A stretch of 64,000 bases of DNA, taken from positions 2,892 to 66,891 of the forward strand of contig CAZVOI010000304.1 in the NCBI GenBank assembly GCA_964628275.1. The letters are read 5' to 3'. A model generated the notes under the pieces. The model ran no database searches, was not told where the DNA came from, and saw only the letters and a list, made by a program, of their open reading frames with translations. Numbering within the stretch: the first letter of the stretch is position 1; each line of letters begins with the position of its first letter. The position numbers and the translations under genes were made by a program. Below are positions 51,025 to 59,596 of this stretch, in pieces. This stretch comes from an uncultured Acidobacteriota bacterium (lineage in GTDB: Bacteria; Acidobacteriota; Vicinamibacteria; Fen-336).

Positions 51025-52140
51025 CTATGCGGGGCGCCGCCACGCTTCCTTGAAAACGGTGGCGCGCTCCACGCGTGAGCCGACGATGGCGTGGCCCAGC
51101 CCCGGCGCTTCGGGAACGGCGATCATCCCGGTCTTCGACACGACCACCGGCGGATCGACGAGGTCTTCGGCGAAATAGCGCGCGCTGGCCGCGGTGTCGC
51201 CCGGCATCGAGAAACCGGGAAGCGTCTGCAAGTGGACGTTGGCGAGCCGGCCGATGCCCGATTCGAGCATGCCGCCGCACCAGACCGGGACGCCGCGCGA
51301 CGCGCACAGGTCGTGAAGCGCCATGCTCTGCCCGATGCCGCCGACCCTGCCAGCCTTGATGTTGATCACGCGGCACGCGCCGATGTCGAGCGCGTGGCGC
51401 GCGGCAGCGGGCGACCCGATCGACTCGTCGAGGCAGAGCGCGGTCGTGAGCCGCCGCTGCAGTGACGCGTGATCCACGATGTCGTCGAAGCCGAGCGGCT
51501 GCTCGATCATCGTGAGCCCGAACGCGTCGAGTCTCGCCAGGTGGTCGGCGTCGCCGAGCGCGTAGGCGCTGTTGGCGTCGACCATCAACGGCAGCTTCGG
51601 ATAACGCCGGCGCACCGCCTCGACGAGCGCCACGTCCTTGCCCGGCTTGATCTTGATCTTCACTCGCTGATAGCCCGCTGTGTGCTCGCGCTCGACCTTC
51701 TCCAGGAGCGCCGCTTCGTTCTGCTGCAGGCCGATCGAGACGCCGCTCGCGATCTCTCCGCCTCGGCCGCCGAGCAGGCGATACAGCGGAACGCCCACGC
51801 GGCGCGCGGCGAGGTCCCAGATCGCCATCTCCAGGGCGGCCTTAGCCATGTTGTGGCCTCGGACGCGCGCGAACGCGGGGAACACTTGGCGCGGATCGGC
51901 GATCTCCAATGCGAAGGCGAGCGGCGCCAGGAAGTCGCGCAGCACGTGCAGCGCCGTGTCGTTCGTCTCGGGAAGGTAGAAGGGGTCCGCGTCGGCCACG
52001 CACTCGCCGTAACCCGAGATCCCGTCCGCCGACACGGTCAAGAGCAGGAACTGTTTCCGGTCGACGCGACCGAAAGAGGTCTCGAACGGGGCCACCAGCG
52101 GAAGCTCGAGCCGCCGAACCTCGATGCGTTCGAGAATCAT
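51025..52140 (-). CDS. Enolase-superfamily enzyme, o-succinylbenzoate synthase / N-acyl(succinyl)amino acid racemase subgroup
   Basis: 371 aa. Catalytic and metal motifs are KIKIKPG (KxK), MVDANSAY (D), MIEQPL (E), CLDESI (D) and NIKAGRVGG (K). Confidence 0.85.
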   Translation of the reverse strand: MILERIEVRRLELPLVAPFETSFGRVDRKQFLLLTVSADGISGYGECVADADPFYLPETNDTALHVLRDFLAPLAFALEIADPRQVFPAFARVRGHNMAKAALEMAIWDLAARRVGVPLYRLLGGRGGEIASGVSIGLQQNEAALLEKVEREHTAGYQRVKIKIKPGKDVALVEAVRRRYPKLPLMVDANSAYALGDADHLARLDAFGLTMIEQPLGFDDIVDHASLQRRLTTALCLDESIGSPAAARHALDIGACRVINIKAGRVGGIGQSMALHDLCASRGVPVWCGGMLESGIGRLANVHLQTLPGFSMPGDTAASARYFAEDLVDPPVVVSKTGMIAVPEAPGLGHAIVGSRVERATVFKEAWRRPA

Positions 52141-52159
52141 GCGTTCTCGGGTCGTCTCG

Positions 52160-52618
52160 TCAGTGGCGCGTGCGCGGTGACGTCGCGCACTTGCGGCACC
52201 GGCCGTGGATCTGATGGCGGTGGCCTTCGATCGTGAAGCCGATGCCGGCCGCCACTTCCTCCTGGATCCGTTCGATGTCCGGGCTCACGAACTCGAAGAT
52301 GTCGCCGCAGCCCTGGCAGATGAAGTGGTCGTGGTGAGCGCGGTTGTAATCGCGCTCGAAGCGGCTTTCACCGCCGACCTCGAGTTCGGAGGCGAGCCCC
52401 GCGGCCCGCAGCAGCTTCAGCGTGCGATACACCGTGGTGCGACCGACGTCGGAGCGGCGGCGCTTGACGAGGCGATACAGGTCGTCCACCGAGAGGTGCT
52501 GCTCGGAGCGCAGGAAGACGTCGAGGATCGCCGCGCGCTGGTCGCTGCGCTTCAACCCGTTCTTCACGAGGTAAGCCGAGAAGACCTCGCGTTCCGCGCG
52601 TCCGATGCTCTGCGCCAT
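52160..52618 (-). CDS. Fur family transcriptional regulator
   Basis: 152 aa. Winged-helix region TVYRTLKLL, metal site HHDHFICQGCG, C-terminal RCRKC. Confidence 0.88.
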   Translation of the reverse strand: MAQSIGRAEREVFSAYLVKNGLKRSDQRAAILDVFLRSEQHLSVDDLYRLVKRRRSDVGRTTVYRTLKLLRAAGLASELEVGGESRFERDYNRAHHDHFICQGCGDIFEFVSPDIERIQEEVAAGIGFTIEGHRHQIHGRCRKCATSPRTRH

Positions 52619-52743
52619 GGCCTCGGTTTCGAGGCTATGCCCCCCGGGGAAGACGTGTCAATCCGATGCTCGAGCGATACAATCACGCCGAGGCTCTCGT
52701 GGATGAGTGAAGGCGCTCTCGGAATCGAAGTTTTGGAGTCGTC

Positions 52744-54234
52744 TTGCGCTTGAAGAAAAGTGCCAAGCGAGCCCTGCTCGCCGCAGTGGTCGCCACCGCC
52801 GTCTTCGTGCCGCTCTACGGCGATCCGCGCCAGTCCCCGGTCACGCATCCGGAGTGGGCGCGGATGATGCTGCGGGCGCTCGACATGGAGTCGGTGCTGG
52901 TGCGCGGCAGCAGCGCTTCGCTCGCGTTCGATTCGCTGGCGTGGCGGACCAGCATCAATATGCCCCTGGAGCGCACGCTGCGCAATACCGGCGTCGCGTT
53001 CCTGACCGGGCCACCGACTCAGGTCAAGGCCCAAGACCAGGGCGGCGAGGTTGCCTACCGCCTGGCTTCCGGAAGACGCGGCGACTTCCGCTTCCGGATC
53101 AAGACGAGCGGGATGTCGGCCCAACCGTTCGCTTTCGAAGTCACGCCGGAAGGCGAGACGAAGCCGGTGCGCAGCCTGACGCTGCCGGTGGGCCTGAACG
53201 CCGAGACTGGCGCGGTGCCGATCGCTCCCGGTGTTCACAGCCTGTCGGTCGGCCTGCCGGCGGGCGTGGCGCTCGACAACATCGAGGTGATCCCGCCCTG
53301 CATCAACGCGATCGAGCCGAAGTCGGGCTGGTCGCCTACGGCGATCGCGCGCACGGCCGAAGTGGCGGTCACCGCACTGAAGGCGCTCGATCTCGAGTTC
53401 GAGCTGCCGCCCGCCGCGTCGCCGATCGAGCTCGGGAGCGTCACGTTCCAGCCCACGCTGGCGCAAGCCCTGAAAGCCAGCTTGAAGAGCGATCCCGGGG
53501 GCGTCTGGCTCGAAGGCGGGGCCGAGGGAACGCAAGCCGTCGCGCACGTGGATCTCCCCGAGGCCGGCCTCTACACGCTATCGGCCTACGGCCTTCAGGG
53601 GCAGGGCCAGTCCTGGACGGCGGACGCCTGCCAGAAGTCGGTGCTCTGCCCCAACAAGGAAATGCCCGAGACGCCGCGCTGGCGGCCGGTGATGACGGCC
53701 GACTTCTCGGCGGGACCGCACGCTTTCGTGATGACGCTGGCCAACGGCGCCGCGGTGCAGCGGATCCGTTTCGAGCGCAAGAAGGACGCGGCCGCGAGCT
53801 ATCTCTCGACGATCGCACGGTTGGGGCTGGATCTCGGCGATGACCGGCCGATCTCCCGGCCGCTGGCGGTCCAAGCGATGGAGTTCATCCGGCGGCAGCG
53901 ACACGCGACACTCGAGAGCTGCGGCGAGATCCTGCTGCGGACGGACGTGCTGATCGCGGGCCTCAACGTCGGCGGCGGCGATGTGACGAATCCGGGCACG
54001 GAACCGAACCCTGGACCCGATCCGGGCACGGGACCCGGGCCCGGCGGGGGGCCCTACGTGCCCCTGCCGTCCCCCAACGTGCCGTCGACCGAGCCGCCGG
54101 CCACCACCACGCCGCCGACCGTGCCTCCGTCGACTACGGTGCCGCCGGTCACGACGCTGACGCCGCCGGTGACGACGGTCCCGCCGCCGCCGACCACCGT
54201 CACGCAGCCGCCCGCGAGCCCGATCCAGGAATAG
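52744..54234 (+). CDS. Secreted hypothetical protein with two internally similar beta-sandwich-like modules and a Pro/Thr-rich C-terminal tail
   Basis: 496 aa, TTG start. Signal or anchor LLAAVVATAVFVPLYG. The tail is ...PSTEPPATTTPPTVPPSTTVPPVTTLTPPVTTVPPPPTTVTQPPASPIQE. Confidence 0.55.
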   Translation: MRLKKSAKRALLAAVVATAVFVPLYGDPRQSPVTHPEWARMMLRALDMESVLVRGSSASLAFDSLAWRTSINMPLERTLRNTGVAFLTGPPTQVKAQDQGGEVAYRLASGRRGDFRFRIKTSGMSAQPFAFEVTPEGETKPVRSLTLPVGLNAETGAVPIAPGVHSLSVGLPAGVALDNIEVIPPCINAIEPKSGWSPTAIARTAEVAVTALKALDLEFELPPAASPIELGSVTFQPTLAQALKASLKSDPGGVWLEGGAEGTQAVAHVDLPEAGLYTLSAYGLQGQGQSWTADACQKSVLCPNKEMPETPRWRPVMTADFSAGPHAFVMTLANGAAVQRIRFERKKDAAASYLSTIARLGLDLGDDRPISRPLAVQAMEFIRRQRHATLESCGEILLRTDVLIAGLNVGGGDVTNPGTEPNPGPDPGTGPGPGGGPYVPLPSPNVPSTEPPATTTPPTVPPSTTVPPVTTLTPPVTTVPPPPTTVTQPPASPIQE

Positions 54235-54240
54235 GCCGGG

Positions 54241-55062
54241 CTACTTCTCGACGACGGCGATCAGCCCCTCGCGCGAATAAAGACCCTCGAGGCCATCGCC
54301 GTCGCGGGCAGCCACGCGCCAGCGAAACGTCCCGGGCCACGGGATCGCAAGCGTCACCTCGATGCCCTGGACGTCCCGCTCGATGAGCGCCTGCGTCGAC
54401 TCGATGCCCAGGATCTGCACGTGGTGGTGGCGCGCGGTCGAGCGGAAGCGAAGCGTCAGCGACTCGGTCGGCAGCGTGTAGCGGGGATCGTCGCCGGGAT
54501 CGAGGTCGCTGGGCGCCGCGGCGAGCGGCCGCGGCGGCTGCGGGGTGGCATTTCCCCTCACGATCGTACCCTCGCCACCCGTCACCGAGACGAAGCTGCC
54601 GGCGCTCTCGACGCGGAATCGCCCCGCCAACGCCGAGACGAAGGTCGCGTTTCCCTCGCGCCGGACGACGACCTTGCCCTCGCCGCGGATGCGCGCTGGG
54701 CCGGCGATCAACTTGATCAGGTCGCCGCTCGGAGCGGACTGTTCGAGGCGGCCCTCTTCGAGGACCGTAGCCAGCACTAGCGAGTCCGGCACGGCGAGAG
54801 TAGACGCGCCCGAGAGCGCCACCGACATCCATGGGAAATCGACGCGCGCCGATCCCGCCTCGCCGGTGCGGAGACGATCGCCGATGCGCAGCTCGCCGCC
54901 CTCGGCCACGCGCGTCCAGGCGCTTTTTCCGGACTGCAGTTCCACGAGCCCGTCCACGTAGGCCACGCGCGCGATCGGAATCGGCGCCGGTTTGGCGGCG
55001 GAGGCGACCCCGGCCGTGAGCGCCGCCGCAAGCAGGGAGCGCCGGATCGCCGTGGGCCTCAA
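54241..55062 (-). CDS. FecR-domain periplasmic protein
   Basis: 273 aa. Signal peptide LLAAALTAGVASA. FecR-like stretch VAYVDGLVELQSGKSAWTRVAEGGELRIGDRLRTGEAGSARVDF. Confidence 0.7.
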   Translation of the reverse strand: MRPTAIRRSLLAAALTAGVASAAKPAPIPIARVAYVDGLVELQSGKSAWTRVAEGGELRIGDRLRTGEAGSARVDFPWMSVALSGASTLAVPDSLVLATVLEEGRLEQSAPSGDLIKLIAGPARIRGEGKVVVRREGNATFVSALAGRFRVESAGSFVSVTGGEGTIVRGNATPQPPRPLAAAPSDLDPGDDPRYTLPTESLTLRFRSTARHHHVQILGIESTQALIERDVQGIEVTLAIPWPGTFRWRVAARDGDGLEGLYSREGLIAVVEK

Positions 55063-55066
55063 TGCC

Positions 55067-57166
55067 TCAGGACTTCGCGGCCGAGACGGGCGTCGGCCCC
55101 GGCGGGCGCAACGGCGGGCCGGCCTCGTTCGCGTGGTGATAGTAGTAGTAGTAATAGCCCTTCGACTTGACGTCGACCGCGTTCAAGACCGCGCCCAGGA
55201 GGTTGGGAGTCGCGCGGCGCAGCGCCGCGACGGACCGCTTCACCAGCTTCTTGTCGACCTTGTTGTGCTGCACCACCATCACCGAAAGGTCGGCGTGCCG
55301 CGCCAGCAGCAGCGCGTCGGTGACCGAAGCCAGGGGCGGTGAGTCGAGCAGCACCCAGTCACAATGCTGCTTCAACTCGGCGAGCAGATCGCCGAGATCG
55401 GGCCGTCCCAGGAGCGCCGGTGGGTTGGGCGGGATCGGCCCGGCGGTCATCGCGTACAGGTTCGGAACCCGAGTCGGCCGGATCAGGCTCGCCACCGTGT
55501 CGTGGCTCACGAAATAGTTGGTGAGGCCGGGCTCGCGCTGCAGGCCGAGCTGGGTGTGGAGCGTCGCGCGGCGCAGGTCGAAGTCCAGGACGATCGTCTT
55601 CTCGCCCGAGGCGGCCAACAGCTTCCCGATGTTGACGAGCGTCGTGGTCTTGCCTTCCTGCGGCACCGTGCCGGTGATCAGGACGACCTGGCCGGCCGGG
55701 TCCCGGCGCGCGAAGATGAGAGCGGTGCGCAGGTTCTGATAGGCCTCGGTCACCAGATGAGAGCTGCCCTCCTCGTAACGGGGCACCGCCGCCAGCAGGT
55801 CCATGTGCAGGTAGCTCTCGATCTCCTCAGGATCCTTGATCGTGTTGTTCAGATAGTCGCGCCCCAGGACCAGGCCGATGCCGATCGCGAGGCCCAGGCC
55901 GAAGGCGATCGCCGTGATGCGCCGCTTGTTGGGGAAGAGCGGCGCCAAGGGCGGCGTGGCGCGCTCCACGATCGAGATGTTGTTGTTGCGGATCGAGGAG
56001 GCGATGTCGGACTCGTTCAATTTCTGGAGCAGGACGTCGTAGAGGTTCTTCGCGGAGTCGGCTTCCTTCTTGAGCGTCTCGAGCTCGGTGATGCGCCGGC
56101 TCTGCGAGGTCGCCTGCGCCTTCTGTTGCTCGGTGGCGCGGCGTAGCTCGGTTTCGCGCTTCTGGAGCTGGGCGTACTCGACGCGCATGCCCTCGAGGAT
56201 CGCGGTGGCGCGCGCTTCCTTGGCCTTCGTGACCTGCTCGCGCTGGCCGAAGAGCCGCTGGATCTCCGGATGGCCCTCCTTGTATTTTTCCTTGAGGCGC
56301 GCCAGGTCGAAATCCAGGCTGACGAGCTGGGCGTTGAAGCTGGCCACCTGTGAATCGCCGCCAATCTGCGGGATCCGGTCGAGGCTGTCGCCGGGCTGGG
56401 TCATCGATGCCGCTTGCTTGAGCGCCGACTCGATCGCGATGCGCCGCGACGTCGCGTCGACGAAATCCTGGTTGAGACGGGTGATCGACTGGCTGACGGC
56501 CGAGACGCTGCCCTCGGGCACATACAGGTCCTGCGTCTGGTAGCCCTTGAAGAGCTTGTCCTGCGCTTCGCGCATCCCGCGCTGCGTGGCCTGGAGCCGA
56601 TCCTGGAGCCAGTCGTAGGCGCGCCGGGCCGCCTCGACCCGGTTCTCGACGCTCGCGGCCATGTATTCGTCCGCCAGCGCGTTGGCCCAGAGCGCCGCCT
56701 CCGAACCGCTCTCGTGCAACACCGCCACCGACACGAGCCGGCTCTCCGGGATCGGCTCCACCACCAGGCGAGCCTGGAAGAGCGCAGTTGGATCGGGCGA
56801 GCCCTTGAAGGGGGCCTGCTCGGCGAGGCGCAGCTTCTGAACGACGCGCTGCGAGATGCCACGCGACAGGATGATCTTGAACTGGGTGTTGTAGAAGTCG
56901 GTGTTCTGCCAATAGGCGCCGCCGACGCCGGCCGCGGCATCGTTTACGCTCAGGAACGCCGGGGTCGGCGGCTCGATCTGGAGCAGCGTCGCAGCCCGGT
57001 ACTGCGGCGTGCGCAGGAACGCGATCAAGAGACCGAGGCCGAGCGCTACCGCCGCGGAGCTGAGCACGATCCAACGGCCGCGCCACAGCGCCTGCAGGTA
57101 GTAGCGGACGTCCAGCTCGGCCTCGGTGGGAGAGCGATCGAAGCCCGGCGGCGCCAGGGTCGCCAT
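55067..57166 (-). CDS. Polysaccharide co-polymerase / tyrosine autokinase (Wzc/GumC type)
   Basis: 699 aa. Wzz domain with two TM helices flanking a coiled-coil periplasmic region. Walker A GTVPQEGKTTT, then LLDSPPL. C-terminal Tyr cluster KGYYYYYYHH. Confidence 0.9.
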   Translation of the reverse strand: MATLAPPGFDRSPTEAELDVRYYLQALWRGRWIVLSSAAVALGLGLLIAFLRTPQYRAATLLQIEPPTPAFLSVNDAAAGVGGAYWQNTDFYNTQFKIILSRGISQRVVQKLRLAEQAPFKGSPDPTALFQARLVVEPIPESRLVSVAVLHESGSEAALWANALADEYMAASVENRVEAARRAYDWLQDRLQATQRGMREAQDKLFKGYQTQDLYVPEGSVSAVSQSITRLNQDFVDATSRRIAIESALKQAASMTQPGDSLDRIPQIGGDSQVASFNAQLVSLDFDLARLKEKYKEGHPEIQRLFGQREQVTKAKEARATAILEGMRVEYAQLQKRETELRRATEQQKAQATSQSRRITELETLKKEADSAKNLYDVLLQKLNESDIASSIRNNNISIVERATPPLAPLFPNKRRITAIAFGLGLAIGIGLVLGRDYLNNTIKDPEEIESYLHMDLLAAVPRYEEGSSHLVTEAYQNLRTALIFARRDPAGQVVLITGTVPQEGKTTTLVNIGKLLAASGEKTIVLDFDLRRATLHTQLGLQREPGLTNYFVSHDTVASLIRPTRVPNLYAMTAGPIPPNPPALLGRPDLGDLLAELKQHCDWVLLDSPPLASVTDALLLARHADLSVMVVQHNKVDKKLVKRSVAALRRATPNLLGAVLNAVDVKSKGYYYYYYHHANEAGPPLRPPGPTPVSAAKS

Positions 57167-58008
57167 CAGAATTTCCGGCGCGACACGGTGATCACGTCGT
57201 TGGGCTCGAGCTTCAGCTCGGGCTTCTTGCCGCTGCGAATCTCCCCCAGGTCGATCTCGAGGATCTGCGCCTTGCCGGTCTTTGGATCGATGCGCCGCAG
57301 CTTCACTTTCTCGTTCCCATATCGCGTGAGCCCGCCCGCGACCGAGATCAGCGCCGTGATCGTGGAGTCGGCCTCGATCGGGAAACGACCGGGCCGGGCG
57401 ACCTCGCCTTCGATCGTAACCTGTTGGCGCGCCGCGACGTTCACGAGGTCGCCGTTCCGGAGCGGGATCTCCAGGTTGACCCGGTCCTGCGGCGTCATGG
57501 CATTGCTGCCGATCGTGAGCCGGAGCTGGTCCTTGCCGCCGTCGAAAGTGCCCTCGCTACGGGTGATCACGATGTCGCCGGAGGCCGTGGGCTTGAAGCC
57601 GCCGGCGTCGATCAGGAGATCCACGAGCCGGGTGCGGCCGCGCAACACCTTGCGACCGGGACTATTCACCTCGCCGAGCACGATCACCGACTGGCTCTGG
57701 AACTCGCGCACGCGCACTTCGACCTGCGGGTTCACCAGGAAGTCCCGTTCCAGGAGCGTCGTCAGCTTGCGCCGGATCTCGAGGACGGTGAGGCCGGAGA
57801 CGCCGACTTCTTCCAGGAGCGGCAAGGTGATCGTGCCGCTCGTCTGCACGGTCGGCGTGCGCGTCAGGTCGGCGTTGCCGATCACGGTGATCTCGAGGAC
57901 GTCGCCGGGGCCCACGGTGTAGTCGCTGCCCGCGTGCGGGGTTGGGGGAGATGGCGACGCTGCCGGTGTCTGCGCCAGAAGCGCCAGCGAGAGAAAGAAG
58001 CCCGTCAT
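57166..58008 (-). CDS. Polysaccharide export protein (Wza-like: Poly_export plus SLBB domains)
   Basis: 280 aa. Motif DYTVGPGDVLEITV plus SLBB repeats. 1-nt overlap with the kinase gene. Confidence 0.85.
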   Translation of the reverse strand: MTGFFLSLALLAQTPAASPSPPTPHAGSDYTVGPGDVLEITVIGNADLTRTPTVQTSGTITLPLLEEVGVSGLTVLEIRRKLTTLLERDFLVNPQVEVRVREFQSQSVIVLGEVNSPGRKVLRGRTRLVDLLIDAGGFKPTASGDIVITRSEGTFDGGKDQLRLTIGSNAMTPQDRVNLEIPLRNGDLVNVAARQQVTIEGEVARPGRFPIEADSTITALISVAGGLTRYGNEKVKLRRIDPKTGKAQILEIDLGEIRSGKKPELKLEPNDVITVSRRKF

Positions 58009-58009
58009 G

Positions 58010-59596
58010 CTAGCGCCCGCCCGACACGCCGATGCCGAGCTGGATGATCAGCGAATGCGAGCGCGTATTGAACTCGCCGAGGTTCGATTTCCGCTGCTCC
58101 TGCGTGTAGTCCGCGCGCAGGTACGACCAGCGCGTCAGCGTCCGGCCGACGCCGGCCGTCCAGCCGAGGATGCGGTCGGCGCGCGGCACGCCGAGGCTCG
58201 CGTCCACCTGGCGGTAATCGTTCCACTGGTGCGAGACGCCGCCGGTCAGCCGGACGCCCAGCGGCAGCGGCTGGTTCAACGACAGCGAAGCGCCGCTCGT
58301 GACGAAGAATGCGTTCGCGTCGAAGGCCGACAGGTTGGTGGTTCGAAGGCCGCCGAGTGTGAGCGAGCCGCCGTCATTGAACTGGCGAGAGAGCGTGGCG
58401 CCGAGCATCAGGCCGCTGTAGTGGTCGCCGGGGGCGAGAGCGAGCGGGTAGGTCTCGCTGCGATATCCCACCTGTAAGTTCGCCTTGACGAGCGGCGTCA
58501 GGTCGCCCTCGAGGCCGACGCTCAACATGTGCCCGGTCATCTCGACGAGCGGACGTTGCTCCTGGGGCGGCACGCGATCCAGAGAATAACGGAGCGTCGA
58601 GCGCAAAGACCTGGCCAGCTCGTAGCGCAGGCCGGCGAAGACGCCCTCTCGGTCGTTGTCGAAATAGCCCGCCCCGCTCTCCAGGGTCTCTTTGGCGAGC
58701 GATCCACCCATGTCGAAGTCCAGGCGCCCCGCCATTTCGGTACGCAGCAAGACGGAGACCTGGTTCCTTTGAAAGCGGCCGATGTCGTAGAAGTACTCGC
58801 GACCCGGGTCGACCATCTGGGTCTCGATCGTGCCGCGTCCGTACTGGTCGCTGATCGAAAGCCAGCCGCTCGAGCCCAGCGGCACGTCGAGACTGGCGTT
58901 CACGAAATGGCTCGGCTGGCTCAGGATCGGGATGGCGTCGTCGGTCGGTCTTCGGAACTGGGGCTGGTAATTGAGCGCGAGGCGGGCGCCATAGGCCAGC
59001 TCGCTGCTCACGATACCGATCGTCGGTCCGAACTCGAAGTAGCGCGCCCGGACGGGCGTCGGCGTGTCGAGAAAAGACGACGTCGCGTCGACGTAGCGCA
59101 CGACCAGCGTGGGCCGGAGCGTGAACGGGCCGAACGTGAGACGCCCCGAGCCGCCGCTCTCGGCGACCGCTGAAGCGGGCTCTGGCGGCGCGGGGGCTTC
59201 GTCGAGCCATCCTGGAAAGAGCAGCGGATAGAGTTGCTCCACGTCGCGCGACGGCGCTGCGGCGGCGTTCGTGACGCTGAGCGTCACGAGCGAGCCTTCC
59301 TGGCGCGGCTCGAACGCGGCGCCAGCGGCGAGAGTGAGCCGCAGCACCAGCGAGCTCGATCCGGTCTCGGCCGCGAGAGCGAGCAGCGGCGGCTGCGGCG
59401 CCGGCAACTCGAGGCCCGCCGGCCGCTCGGCTTGCAAGGTAACGCGGACCTGGTCGCCTTCGCGTTCGAACTTGGCCGCGAACGGCGCCGAGGCGAGTAC
59501 CTTGACGGCCGCGCCGCCGGGCACGACGTCGCACCGCACCGCGAGGATCTCGGCGCCCTGAAGGACCATCGCCAGTGCCAGGCCCGCCATCATCAC
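58010..59596 (-). CDS. Putative outer-membrane beta-barrel protein with an N-terminal AMIN-like module (tentative)
   Basis: 528 aa. Signal peptide MMMAGLALAMVLQGA. The N-terminal ~110 aa are beta-rich (ILAVRCDVVPGGAAVKVLAS...VRVTLQ...LVLRLTL...VTLSV). The remainder has alternating amphipathic strands rich in Y/F/R/G. Confidence 0.5.
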   Translation of the reverse strand: MMMAGLALAMVLQGAEILAVRCDVVPGGAAVKVLASAPFAAKFEREGDQVRVTLQAERPAGLELPAPQPPLLALAAETGSSSLVLRLTLAAGAAFEPRQEGSLVTLSVTNAAAAPSRDVEQLYPLLFPGWLDEAPAPPEPASAVAESGGSGRLTFGPFTLRPTLVVRYVDATSSFLDTPTPVRARYFEFGPTIGIVSSELAYGARLALNYQPQFRRPTDDAIPILSQPSHFVNASLDVPLGSSGWLSISDQYGRGTIETQMVDPGREYFYDIGRFQRNQVSVLLRTEMAGRLDFDMGGSLAKETLESGAGYFDNDREGVFAGLRYELARSLRSTLRYSLDRVPPQEQRPLVEMTGHMLSVGLEGDLTPLVKANLQVGYRSETYPLALAPGDHYSGLMLGATLSRQFNDGGSLTLGGLRTTNLSAFDANAFFVTSGASLSLNQPLPLGVRLTGGVSHQWNDYRQVDASLGVPRADRILGWTAGVGRTLTRWSYLRADYTQEQRKSNLGEFNTRSHSLIIQLGIGVSGGR

